A model generated the notes under the pieces. It was not told the origin of the DNA and did not search any database. It was given only the letters and a program-made list of their open reading frames with translations. Positions 19,582-29,256 of a stretch of DNA of 64,000 bases are shown here, piece after piece (the stretch's first letter is position 1; every line of letters begins with the position of its first letter). The translations under genes and the position numbers were made by a program. This stretch comes from Sedimentisphaerales bacterium (GTDB lineage Bacteria; Planctomycetota; Phycisphaerae; Sedimentisphaerales; SM23-30). The stretch is taken from the NCBI GenBank assembly GCA_963663805.2, contig CAXXMR010000014.1:28030-92029 (forward strand). Reading direction: 5' to 3'.

Positions 19582-20796
19582 TTATTTTTTGGTCCGTTTT
19601 TGTGGTTTGCTTTTGATGAACCGGTCTATCTGTTTCATGGCCTGACGTAAACGCTGCTCATTTTCGACCAGAGCGATTCGCAGATAGCCTTCGCCGTTTT
19701 CGCCAAAGGCCCGCCCGGGCGCGACCACCACTTCGGCTTTTTCCAGAAGGTCCATCGCGTAATCCAGCGTACTCATACCCTTGAGCATATCATCCGGGAC
19801 TTTCGCCCAGACAAACATTGATGCCCGCGGCTTTTCCACTTCCCAGCCCACGCGTTTAATCCAGTCGCAAACAACGTCACGCCGCGATTCATATTTCTTG
19901 CACTGATCTTCGATAAACTCATCGCCGTGGCGCATAGCGATAATCGCCGCGATCTGAATCGCCTGAAAAATACCGTAATCGTAATAACCTTTAATGTCGT
20001 AAAGCCATTGGATAATGCGTTCGTTACCGGCACAAAAGCCGATACGCCAGCCAGCCATATTGTACGGTTTGCTCATCGTCGTAAACTCAACGCCGACATC
20101 CTTGGCGCCTTTAACCGAAAGAAAACTCGGAGCTTTGTAATCATCGTAACACGTCTCGCCATAAGCGAAGTCGTGGAACACCACCACATTAAAACGCTTG
20201 GCCAGCTTAACAACTTCCTCAAAGAAACCCTGGTCAACCGTCATGGCCGTCGGGTTATGCGGATAGTTCAATATCATCAGCCGCGGACGGGGGTAAAGAT
20301 GTTCACACACATAAGCTATCCGGTCCAGAAACGCCTGGTCACAGCCCAGCGGCACACTGATAACATTACCGCCGGCCAACGTAACCGCGTAAACATGAAT
20401 CGCAAAGGCCGGATCCGGCACAATCGCCGTATCACCCGGGCCGAGCATCGCCAGACACGCATGAGAGAAACCTTCTTTACTGCCGATGCAGGCGGTTACT
20501 TCTTTTTCCGGGTCAAGTTCGACATTCCACTTGCGGGCATATTTCCTGGCCATCTCTTTGCGAAGATTATGAATACCTTTGACAGCGCTGTAACGATGGT
20601 TACGCGGGTCGCGGGCAGCTTCGCACAATTTTTCCACCACGTCGGGCGGGCTGGAATCCAAAGGATTTCCCATACCCAAGTCGATAATGTCAATGCCGGC
20701 CTGACGCTTTTTTAGTTTAAGAGCGTTCAGCCGCCCAAAAAGGTAAGGGGGCAGACGCTTGATTCTTTCCGAGGGCTCGATAATAAATTTTGCCAT
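19582..20796 (-). CDS. class I/II PLP-dependent aminotransferase (AlaC/alanine transaminase-like)
   Basis: 404 aa. The N-terminus (RIKRLPPYLFGRLNALK, DLGMGNP) and the PLP-lysine region (TMSKPYNMAGWRIG) resemble E. coli AlaC-type enzymes, judged from memory. Confidence 0.8.
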   Translation of the reverse strand: MAKFIIEPSERIKRLPPYLFGRLNALKLKKRQAGIDIIDLGMGNPLDSSPPDVVEKLCEAARDPRNHRYSAVKGIHNLRKEMARKYARKWNVELDPEKEVTACIGSKEGFSHACLAMLGPGDTAIVPDPAFAIHVYAVTLAGGNVISVPLGCDQAFLDRIAYVCEHLYPRPRLMILNYPHNPTAMTVDQGFFEEVVKLAKRFNVVVFHDFAYGETCYDDYKAPSFLSVKGAKDVGVEFTTMSKPYNMAGWRIGFCAGNERIIQWLYDIKGYYDYGIFQAIQIAAIIAMRHGDEFIEDQCKKYESRRDVVCDWIKRVGWEVEKPRASMFVWAKVPDDMLKGMSTLDYAMDLLEKAEVVVAPGRAFGENGEGYLRIALVENEQRLRQAMKQIDRFIKSKPQKRTKK

Positions 20797-20826
20797 GATT
20801 ATTACTCAAATACAAATGGTTGTAAT

Positions 20827-21948
20827 TTATAAAATAATGTCCAGCGCCTTATCGAGCGTCTGGCAGACAGTTTCAACTTCTGGTTCACTAAGATTGTTAT
20901 AGAACGGCAGAGCAATAGTCCGCTCCGCCACGCTTTCAGTGATGGGGTAGTCTCCCATTTGGGTTTCCAGTTCTTCGGTGATAAAGGGCTGCAAGTGAAT
21001 CGGGGTGAAATAATTATTGCAGCCGATTCCTTCATTACGCAGATATTCCAGTACCTTGTCACGCTTGCCTGCTGGTGTCCCTTCCGCCAACTGCACCACA
21101 AAAACAAACCAGCTCATCCGGCAACCCACCGGCTCATAAGGCACCACCAGCCGCGAATCATTCCCCAGACGCTGCTGATAATAGCCCGCCACGCGAGCGC
21201 GTTTTTCCACAAACTCCTCTATACGCTTCAACTGCACAATCCCCAAAGCACAATTAATGTCCGACAACCGGTAATTATACCCCAGCCGGGCATGGGCCAG
21301 CCAACCGGCGCCTTCATCACGGCCCTGGTTACGCAGAGACTTACACATTGCCGCGGCTTCATCGTCATCGGTCAGGATAATCCCACCTTCGCCGGTGGTC
21401 ATTTGCTTATTGGGATAAAACGCGAACGCCGAAATATCACCTAAAGTACCCACCTTTCGGCCATTGACTATGCTGCCCAGAGCTTCGCAGGAATCCTCGA
21501 TGCACAGCAGGCCTCGTTCCTGACAAAAATCGTAAATCTTGTCCAGCCCCGCGGGATTACCAAAAACTTCGACTGGCATTACCGCCTTGGTAGAAGGGGT
21601 GACAAGTTCCTTAATCTTTTCCAAGTCAATATTTAAGGATAACTGGTCAATATCGGCGAATACCGGTTTGGCTCCAACCATCAATATGACATTGGTTGTG
21701 GTAATAAAGCTGAACGGAGTGGTGATAACCTCGTCTCCGGGCCCAATTCCCAGGGCGAGCAAAGCCACATAAAGCGCGCTGGTGCCGCTATTTACGGCGA
21801 TTCCGTGTTTGCAACCGATATAATCAGCGAAATTCCGTTCAAATTCCGGTAATTTGGGCCCCAGACTCAGAGTTGTGGTGCTAAGTACGCCCACTACCGC
21901 GTCGATTTCAGCCTGAGTTATGTCCGGGCTCGAAAGATTAATCTTCAT
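20827..21948 (-). CDS. DegT/DnrJ/EryC1/StrS family sugar aminotransferase
   Basis: 373 aa (AVNSGTSALYVALLALG, GDEVITTPFSFITT, FYPNKQMTTGEGG). Confidence 0.85.
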   Translation of the reverse strand: MKINLSSPDITQAEIDAVVGVLSTTTLSLGPKLPEFERNFADYIGCKHGIAVNSGTSALYVALLALGIGPGDEVITTPFSFITTTNVILMVGAKPVFADIDQLSLNIDLEKIKELVTPSTKAVMPVEVFGNPAGLDKIYDFCQERGLLCIEDSCEALGSIVNGRKVGTLGDISAFAFYPNKQMTTGEGGIILTDDDEAAAMCKSLRNQGRDEGAGWLAHARLGYNYRLSDINCALGIVQLKRIEEFVEKRARVAGYYQQRLGNDSRLVVPYEPVGCRMSWFVFVVQLAEGTPAGKRDKVLEYLRNEGIGCNNYFTPIHLQPFITEELETQMGDYPITESVAERTIALPFYNNLSEPEVETVCQTLDKALDIIL

Positions 21949-22077
21949 GTTCCTGCCTTTTCACAAGCGGTTATCACATCCACAAATCGTGAAATTCTCG
22001 CTGAAAATCGCTTGTCAGTCAAGATTATTAAAACCACTTAAATAATTAAGGATTTGTCGCCCGCTTTGGCAGGCCCA

Positions 22078-24786
22078 CTATTTGCATTCAAGCCAATTGT
22101 CACCCCAGCCCACATCGACCTTCATCGCCACGTCCAGTTTCAGAGCGTTGGCCATTTCCGCCCGCACAATCTCGCCGTAGTCCTGGGCCTTTTCTCTGGG
22201 CAGTTCAAATACCAGTTCATCGTGTACCTGCATCAACATTTTCATTGCCAGATGCTCAGTCTCAATCCGCTTTTGCAAACGCACCATCGCGACCTTAATC
22301 ATATCCGCCGCCGAACCTTGAATGACCGTATTAACCGCCATACGTTCTCCCATTTTTCGCTGATTGAAATTCCGCGAATTCAAATCCGCTATCGTTCGCC
22401 GCCGGCCTAGAATCGTCCGCACAAAGCTATCTTTTTTCGCCTGTTCGATTATCCCGTCCATAAAACCTTTAATCTGCGGATAGCGTGCGAAATAATCATC
22501 GATAAATTTCTGGGCCTCATCCCGCGGCATACCCGTACCGCGACTCAGTCCAAAAGAGGTCTGGCCGTAAATAATCCCAAAATTCACCGCCTTGGCCCGA
22601 CCGCGCATCTCCGTGGTTACTTCATCGGGTGCAACCCCATAAATCTGGCTTGCCACAAAACGATGAATATCCTCGCCGCTTTCAAATGCTTTTAATAACG
22701 CCTCGTCCTTACTGAAATGGGCCAGCATCCGCAACTCAATCTGAGAATAATCCGCCGCTAACAGCACCGCGTCTTTATCGCCCGGCACAAACGCCCGCCT
22801 GATTTCCTGGCCCAGCTCTGTCCGAATAGGGATATTTTGCAGATTCGGGTCAGAGCTGCTCAGTCGGCCCGTTGCCGCTACCGTCTGATTAAACGAAGCG
22901 TGCAGCCTGCCCGTCCCCGAATTTATCATTATCGGCAGCTTATCAATATACGTACTTTTCAATTTACTCAACTGCCGATATTCCAGCATCAGCCGCGGCA
23001 CATCGTGTTTCCATTGCAACGCCTCCAGCACTTCCACATCCGTCGACGGACCTGATTTGGTTTTCTTGACCACCTCCAGCCCCAATCGCTCAAACAGCAC
23101 CTCGCCCAACTGCTTAGGCGACTCCACATTAAAAGTAACTCCCGCCGCGGCACATATTTCATCGACAAGCTCTTCCATCCGCTTACCAAGTTGCGTCGCC
23201 AGTTTTCTCAAACCGGTCACATCCAGTGCTACCCCGTTGTATTCCACTTTCGCCAAAACCCCCACCAGCGGCATTTCCACCTCGTCAAACAGCTTTTTAA
23301 GTTCCGCGTCCTTAAACTGCCCCGCCAGATATTCCCAAAGTCGCCAGGTAATATCCGCATCCTCCGCGGCGTAATCCGACGCAACCACAGTATCGACCAT
23401 ATCAAAGGTAATCTGCTTTTTACCCTTGCCGATAAGACTGTCAATCTTGATTGTCTCGTGGCCCAGATAATCCGCGGCCATATCATCCATGTTGTGCCGG
23501 TTGCGTTCACTGTGCAGCAGATACGAAGCCACCATCGTATCGAAATCCACGCCCGCCAGTTCGATTCCCGCCCCGCGCAGGATAATAATATCATATTTTA
23601 TATTCTGGCCGATCTTGGCAATATTTTCGTCTTCCAGAATCGGTCGTAATTCTTCGCGCACTGCTGACCAGTCCAGTACCGGCGAAGTCATCGGCCCCTT
23701 GACCGGCAGATAGTAACCCTGCTCTGCCTGCCACGAAAAACTCAAGCCCACCAGCTCCGCCGCCCGCGCGTTTACAGATGTCGTCTCGGTATCTATCGCG
23801 AACCGCTTTTGCTTCTTCAGCTCAGCCAGAAAATCCTTAAAACCTCCCTCGTCCTCGACCAGAATATATTCCTTCTCTATTTTATTTCTGAGTGTCGCCA
23901 AATTTTTGACATCGGTTTCAGTTTCTCCGCTTATATCGTCCAGTTGGTCCAGCAGCCGCCGAAAGTTCAACTCCTCAAATAACTGTTCCAGTTTTTGCCG
24001 GTCGCCGCTGACCTGTTTCATATCCTCCCATTCGTATACCAGCGGCACATCCAGGTTTATCGTCGCCAGTTTGCGTGAAAGCTCTGCCTGCTCAACATTA
24101 GCCCGCAGATTATCCCCACGTTTACCTTTAATCTCATCAGCGTGAGCGAGCAGCCCATCCAGACTGCCATATTTAGCAATCCACTGAGCCGCGGTTTTGG
24201 GCCCGACGTCCGGCACACCCGGAATATTATCCGAAGTGTCGCCCGCCAAGGCCAACACATCGACAACCTGTTGGGGTTCAATGCCTTTCTTTTCCTTCAA
24301 TGCCGCCACGTCGGTTTCTTCGTCCTTACGCGGATCGTACATCTTCACCCCTTCGCCCAGCAACTGTTCCAGGTCTTTATCCTTTGAACAGATAAAAGTC
24401 TCGAACCCCTCAGCCAGGGCCCGACTGCTCAGCGTGCCGATAATATCATCGGCCTCATAACCCGGCAGACGCAAAACCGGGATTCGCATCGCCTCCAGTA
24501 TTTCCACAATCCGCTCGACCTGCACCGGCAAATCTTCGGGCACTTCCGGCCGATTGGCTTTGTATTCCGGGTAAATCTCATGCCGAAAAGTCTGCCCGCC
24601 CGAATCCATCGCCACTACCAGATAGTCGGGCCGCCGCTCCTTAATGAGCTTTATCAGCATGGTCGTAAAAATCAGTGTCGCTTTGGTCGGCTCGCCCGTA
24701 CTGCTGGACATATTCCCACCCGTGGGAGCGAAATAGGCCGAGAAAATCTGAGCGTGACCATCGATTATGTAAAGGCTTTTAGCCAT
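22078..24786 (-). CDS. polA: DNA polymerase I
   Basis: 5'-3' exonuclease N-terminus (LYIIDGHAQIFSAYF), a 3'-5' exonuclease domain, and polymerase motifs (DYSQIELRMLAH, RRRAKAVNFGIIYG-like, QGSAADMIK, QVHDELVFE). The ORF extends to 24816, but MAKSLYIIDG at 24786 is the likelier start. Confidence 0.95.
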   Translation of the reverse strand: MAKSLYIIDGHAQIFSAYFAPTGGNMSSSTGEPTKATLIFTTMLIKLIKERRPDYLVVAMDSGGQTFRHEIYPEYKANRPEVPEDLPVQVERIVEILEAMRIPVLRLPGYEADDIIGTLSSRALAEGFETFICSKDKDLEQLLGEGVKMYDPRKDEETDVAALKEKKGIEPQQVVDVLALAGDTSDNIPGVPDVGPKTAAQWIAKYGSLDGLLAHADEIKGKRGDNLRANVEQAELSRKLATINLDVPLVYEWEDMKQVSGDRQKLEQLFEELNFRRLLDQLDDISGETETDVKNLATLRNKIEKEYILVEDEGGFKDFLAELKKQKRFAIDTETTSVNARAAELVGLSFSWQAEQGYYLPVKGPMTSPVLDWSAVREELRPILEDENIAKIGQNIKYDIIILRGAGIELAGVDFDTMVASYLLHSERNRHNMDDMAADYLGHETIKIDSLIGKGKKQITFDMVDTVVASDYAAEDADITWRLWEYLAGQFKDAELKKLFDEVEMPLVGVLAKVEYNGVALDVTGLRKLATQLGKRMEELVDEICAAAGVTFNVESPKQLGEVLFERLGLEVVKKTKSGPSTDVEVLEALQWKHDVPRLMLEYRQLSKLKSTYIDKLPIMINSGTGRLHASFNQTVAATGRLSSSDPNLQNIPIRTELGQEIRRAFVPGDKDAVLLAADYSQIELRMLAHFSKDEALLKAFESGEDIHRFVASQIYGVAPDEVTTEMRGRAKAVNFGIIYGQTSFGLSRGTGMPRDEAQKFIDDYFARYPQIKGFMDGIIEQAKKDSFVRTILGRRRTIADLNSRNFNQRKMGERMAVNTVIQGSAADMIKVAMVRLQKRIETEHLAMKMLMQVHDELVFELPREKAQDYGEIVRAEMANALKLDVAMKVDVGWGDNWLECK

Positions 24787-24887
24787 TGTATCCATCTCCA
24801 AAAAAAACTGGGCCAAAACCCAAAGAAATGACCATGCCCCCCATCATACCCCCATAAAAACTAACCGTCAACCATCCGCAGAATCGC

Positions 24888-25931
24888 TTAACTCTGCACT
24901 TTTTTGTTTTCGCCCAATCGCCCTGCCATCACCTCTGCCACCGGGCGGGTATAATCAAACTTGCTCATCATTATCCGCACAATCCCCGTAATCGGCGTCG
25001 CCAGGAACATTCCCGCTACGTTCCATATCACCCCGAAAAATATCAACGACAGCAACACGGTAATCGGGTGCAGATTGAGCGACTTGCCCATTATCCGCGG
25101 CTGAACGATATTGCCGATACCAAACTGTATGACCGCGGGAATTAACATCGCCAGTATCTTCGCCCCCACCGACATCTCCGGACTCAAAAACACCACCGGC
25201 AGCGGCAGCAGGGTCGCGATTATCGAACCGATACTCGGTATGAAATTCAGCAGAAACGTCAGAAACCCAAACACATACGCAAACTGCACACCCAGCAGCC
25301 AGAGCGTAACACCCACTAACAGCCCCGTCAGACTGGACGTGAACAGCAGCGTGCGAATATAAAGCGTCATTTGTGATTCAATGTCAGCCAGCACACCTTT
25401 ATTCGGATCGCCCTGCCCGCTCTTGCCCGCCAGTATGAATATCAGGAACACCAGCACCAACACGCCGTTCGAGAGAATATTCATCGTTTCGCTAATAACG
25501 CTTTTCGATACCGATTTAATCATATTAGCCGAAAACTCATCGACCGTCCCGAATATCTGCTCCGGATTGAGTTTTAATTTGTCCAGCGGCAGATAGTTCC
25601 AGATATTGTGCGACAGTTCCCGAATCTGCACCAGGTACGCGTCCCGGTTGACCCCTATTTGCTCCGCCGCCGTCAATATCAGCAAACCTACCATAAACAA
25701 AAACGCGCAGCCAATAATAAACGTACTAAAAATCGCCAACGCCCGCGGCAGACGCAGCTTTTGTACCTGAACCTCGATGACCGGCGAAAGACAATAATAA
25801 ATAAACACCGCCAGCACAAAAGGTATCAACGCCGCACTAAGAAAATACATCGACAGCGACAACGCGAACCCGCTCAAAATCAGCAGACAAAAAGTCTGAA
25901 CCCGCTGACCACGAATCAGCTTATCATCCAT
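24888..25931 (-). CDS. AI-2E family transporter (PerM/UPF0118-like permease)
   Basis: 347 aa polytopic membrane protein with the characteristic C-terminal region (FLLNFIPSIGSIIATLLPLP, QPRIMGKSLNLHPI, GMFLATPI). Confidence 0.75.
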   Translation of the reverse strand: MDDKLIRGQRVQTFCLLILSGFALSLSMYFLSAALIPFVLAVFIYYCLSPVIEVQVQKLRLPRALAIFSTFIIGCAFLFMVGLLILTAAEQIGVNRDAYLVQIRELSHNIWNYLPLDKLKLNPEQIFGTVDEFSANMIKSVSKSVISETMNILSNGVLVLVFLIFILAGKSGQGDPNKGVLADIESQMTLYIRTLLFTSSLTGLLVGVTLWLLGVQFAYVFGFLTFLLNFIPSIGSIIATLLPLPVVFLSPEMSVGAKILAMLIPAVIQFGIGNIVQPRIMGKSLNLHPITVLLSLIFFGVIWNVAGMFLATPITGIVRIMMSKFDYTRPVAEVMAGRLGENKKVQS

Positions 25932-25982
25932 AGTTTATCCTACCATTTGAAAATAATTTTGCGGGCTCAACTGGCTATTAGT

Positions 25983-26486
25983 TTACTTTTCAGTTGTACC
26001 CTTTGAAGTATCTTGAAGGCACCGTTCTTTTTTACATCTAAATTTATCCTCTGCCCAAACGCCAGTTCGTTTCAGAATCAGCGGCAGAAAAACCGCAAGG
26101 GCGCAACTCAGTGTCACCAATGCCGTTGTCATATTTTCATCACCGGTAAATTTTTTCCAAACCAGCCACCAGCAAAGACAAATGACCGGACTGATTAGGA
26201 GAGAAATACCAATCACTGCCCAGGCCCCACCGTAAATCTTTTTGAATTCCCGTTCCCATTCCAGTTGTCGTGCCGTCTCCCGGCTCATATCATACATACC
26301 CAGAACAACCGCCATGACCATCCCCATAGGCCAGATAAAAGCCAGATACCGCCAGACATACTCACCCAGAGCATAGCCCGACACTCCGCCGACAATCAGC
26401 CACACCCCGCCCATCACATGCCACGCCATCATTTTCTTGCGAACATTAATATCCATAACACTGCCCTCATAAAAATCAGCAGCCAA
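25983..26486 (-). CDS. hypothetical membrane protein
   Basis: 167-aa ORF with about 4 hydrophobic segments. I recognised no family. Confidence 0.45.
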   Translation of the reverse strand: MAADFYEGSVMDINVRKKMMAWHVMGGVWLIVGGVSGYALGEYVWRYLAFIWPMGMVMAVVLGMYDMSRETARQLEWEREFKKIYGGAWAVIGISLLISPVICLCWWLVWKKFTGDENMTTALVTLSCALAVFLPLILKRTGVWAEDKFRCKKERCLQDTSKGTTEK

Positions 26487-26495
26487 ACCCGCGAA

Positions 26496-27317
26496 TCACC
26501 AACCAACCACAACAGCATGGAGATACTTCAGCAGAATCGTATGGGCGGGTGCAACCATCTCACCGTGATTATGCCCGCCGATTTCGTAAATCTCCGTTTG
26601 CTTATGCCCCGCCACCCGCATCATTCGCATCATATAGGCATTCTCTTCATAGCGGCCCAGCATCTCCTGTTCTCTGTCGCCCGTAATAAGAATCAAAGGC
26701 GGCGCGTCGGCACGCACATGATAAAGCGGTGCGAACTTATCGACAATCGGCTGTTTACCCGAAATACCGCGTTCTTCGCGGACCGTAAAATGTGTGATCG
26801 TATGCCCGCTGTAAGGTATCAGTGCCGCGATTTTATTTGCGTCGATATCGTGCTTGGCCAGGTAAGATTTGTCCAGCCCAACCATACTGGTCAGATAGCC
26901 GCCGGCTGAATGACCTGAAATAACAATTGAATCGGGAGAACCGCCGTACTTTTCGATATTTTTGAACACCCACGCCACACCCGCCGCCGCGTCTTCGATA
27001 TAAACCGGACAGCTCACCTTTGGAAAAAACCGATACTCCACCGCCACCACCGCGATACCTTTATCTTTGAAAGCGCCGGGAATATCCTTATTACCAGCTC
27101 GCAATCCGCCGCCGTGGAACCAGACCACCGTCGTAAATTCTTTCGTATCAACCGGATAGTAAATGTCCAACCGACACTGACTCTCAGCGTATTCATCAAA
27201 GCCCGGCGTGTCTTTGTCAAGATAGAGAATATCCGTCTCAGTCTTATATTCCGTCGCGCTCGCAGCCACAGCCATAACCAGACACAAAACCAACATCATC
27301 GCAATCTTCTTCTTCAC
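26496..27317 (-). CDS. alpha/beta hydrolase (esterase/lipase-type), secreted
   Basis: Signal peptide, oxyanion-hole HGGG (VVWFHGGGLRAG) and nucleophile elbow GHSAGG. Confidence 0.8.
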   Translation of the reverse strand: MKKKIAMMLVLCLVMAVAASATEYKTETDILYLDKDTPGFDEYAESQCRLDIYYPVDTKEFTTVVWFHGGGLRAGNKDIPGAFKDKGIAVVAVEYRFFPKVSCPVYIEDAAAGVAWVFKNIEKYGGSPDSIVISGHSAGGYLTSMVGLDKSYLAKHDIDANKIAALIPYSGHTITHFTVREERGISGKQPIVDKFAPLYHVRADAPPLILITGDREQEMLGRYEENAYMMRMMRVAGHKQTEIYEIGGHNHGEMVAPAHTILLKYLHAVVVGW

Positions 27318-27343
27318 AGCATATCTCCTTATCCAAAAAGTAA

Positions 27344-28375
27344 TTAGCTCAATATTCCCTCAACCTTTTGACGCTGCTCAGGGGTAGCGATAAACAGGAC
27401 CGCCATCCCCTTTTCAAACTTAATGTCCGCTCCTGGATTATGTTTGAAATCACTCTTGTGACTAATCTCCGAAGCATAACTGATTATTAACACGCCGCAT
27501 TTATCATAAAACTCGCCAAAGGATTTGCCCACAAACTCAGAATTTCCCCCCACAATAACCTGCTCCACCCTAAGACCGGTATCGGTCTTACTGTGCAGCA
27601 TACCATCCAGAAACGAAACTACTTGTGGCCTAAGAAGTTCCGAAGCAATTCGCATTCCGCCGATACGGTCGGGACAAACCAGATGGGCGGCGCCGGCTTT
27701 TAGAAGTTTCTTCCGGGCGCTTAATGACTTAAATGATGATGCCAACTGCAACTTAGGATTCAAATCCCGCGCGGCCAAAATCAGATAAAGGTTTTCCTTA
27801 TCGTTATCCAGACAAGCTACCAGTCCTTTGGCACGCCCAATACCGGCTTCCTCCAGTATTGTATCGTCTGTGGCGTCCCCCTCAACGTAAGCCAGCTCAG
27901 GAATAGTCTTCTGAAGGGCTTCCAAAGCGGCCCGGTCGCTGTCGATTATCACAAATCCCCGCCGGGTCGCGTGCAGCTCCTCAGCGACGAACACTCCTAA
28001 GTCCTTAATACCACATATGATATAATGACTATCCATTTTGCTTATCCTCTTTCGGAGCTTGAGATACTCGAAATATTTCCTGAGTCGGCCCTCGACCAGG
28101 AAGGCGGTGAAATTTGAAATCGTGTAGGCAACCACAACCATGTAGGCAATGATGGTAAAGATTGTAAATACTGTAAGGACAGTACTTTCCTTAACATTCA
28201 GCAGGTCTTCGTAACCTATGGTGGAGATGGTAATAGTAACCATATATAGGCAGCGGAGCAGGGTTACGTCGCGGCCTTCCCAGTGGGCGAGAATGTAATA
28301 CGCAACGGCGGAAAGGAGCATCAGGCCTACGAGAACCTTGATGGGACGCATTATTTTGGAGATTTCATTATTCAT
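27344..28375 (-). CDS. two-TM potassium-channel-like protein with RCK/TrkA domains
   Basis: Pore helix and filter segment TITISTIGYED between two TMs, followed by TrkA-N (Rossmann, HYIICGIKDLGVFVAEEL) and TrkA-C-like regions. Confidence 0.75.
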   Translation of the reverse strand: MNNEISKIMRPIKVLVGLMLLSAVAYYILAHWEGRDVTLLRCLYMVTITISTIGYEDLLNVKESTVLTVFTIFTIIAYMVVVAYTISNFTAFLVEGRLRKYFEYLKLRKRISKMDSHYIICGIKDLGVFVAEELHATRRGFVIIDSDRAALEALQKTIPELAYVEGDATDDTILEEAGIGRAKGLVACLDNDKENLYLILAARDLNPKLQLASSFKSLSARKKLLKAGAAHLVCPDRIGGMRIASELLRPQVVSFLDGMLHSKTDTGLRVEQVIVGGNSEFVGKSFGEFYDKCGVLIISYASEISHKSDFKHNPGADIKFEKGMAVLFIATPEQRQKVEGILS

Positions 28376-28558
28376 GCAATAATTATGATTTTAGCACGTC
28401 ATACAATAGCGGCTGACATTTGTTAATGTCATAAATCCTGATAACACAGGTATTAACCCAAGGGAGTATTTTGAGCAACCATTTTTTGCGTGTGGAGTGC
28501 GCGTAGAAATGGAATTTTTCTGAAAATCGATAAAATTATGCTGTCGGCAATTAAAAGT

Positions 28559-29127
28559 ATGCTGTAAGTGCTTATTTTTGTGAGCGCGAGGGTGACTTCG
28601 TGGGCGCGATTGGGGCTTAAAACGGTTTTTTCGGGTGGGGGGTTCTCCTTAATACGCAATTTGCAGGGGGCGAAATCAGCGCGATTGGGGATTTGGGGGG
28701 GGTAAAAAGAGTGTTTTGGGGCAGTGGGCGGGGGATTTTGGGTGTGAATATGCCTGTTTGGGGCGTTATTGCGGTGGCAAAGTCGTGTTTGCGGTGGGGG
28801 TTTTCGGCGCGGTTTGGGCTGGGGTGACCGATTTTTGACGATTTTTTTTGGTTTTTTTGGATTTTGGATGAATTTTTCTGGAAAAATTCCTGTTTTTGGT
28901 GGGCGGAGTGGACTGGCTGGACGAGGTGGGCAAAACTGGACGGGCTGGACAGGTTTTTGGACACCATCCCCTATGCCCCTCTGGGGTCTTTAACGGTAGT
29001 GACGCAACGGGTGTTTTGAGCTGGGGTTTGGGCGACGGTGCGGGGCGAACTTTGGTCGGAGTGGTTTAATTAACGGCACCGCTTACTTACGTGCGCGGCT
29101 CTGATGGACGGTGGTTGGGGAGTGGAG
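28559..29127. repeat. ~570-bp G/T-rich (plus strand) non-coding element, copy A
   Basis: It aligns by eye with the reverse complement of 60038-60339 plus 61811-62105. The terminal ~190 nt are identical. The rest shows a few substitutions and 1-11 nt indels. Confidence 0.9.
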
Positions 29128-29220
29128 GATGGCTTGTGGGTGTATCCGGCTGCTGACGCGGGGCGGTTCCTGCTGGTGGTTCCCCCTGGGCTGATGCCTG
29201 GTTGGGATAAATAATTGTAC

Positions 29221-29256
29221 CGGACACCGTTTCCTTCTCGGACACCGTTTCCTTCT
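29221..29256. repeat. perfect 18-bp tandem duplication (CGGACACCGTTTCCTTCT x2) just downstream of smc
   Basis: Read directly. It is bracketed by GTACCGGACAC at 29217-29227 and 29262-29272. Confidence 0.95.

Noticed and set aside
28690-28745. Telomere-like G4T4 repeats as evidence of a linear replicon end
   Set aside because: The tracts are irregular, internal and embedded between ordinary chromosomal genes. The resemblance is compositional only.
28617-28993. ORFs inside the 570-bp element: 28617..28967 (minus strand), 28769..28993 (plus strand), and counterparts 60146..60357, 60198..60521, 61734..62051 and 61794..62111
   Set aside because: They are low-complexity (Pro/Lys/Gln-rich or Gly/Phe/Trp-rich) translations of skewed DNA. 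Indels between the two copies shift the frames, so no protein sequence is conserved. Some run across the IS junction.
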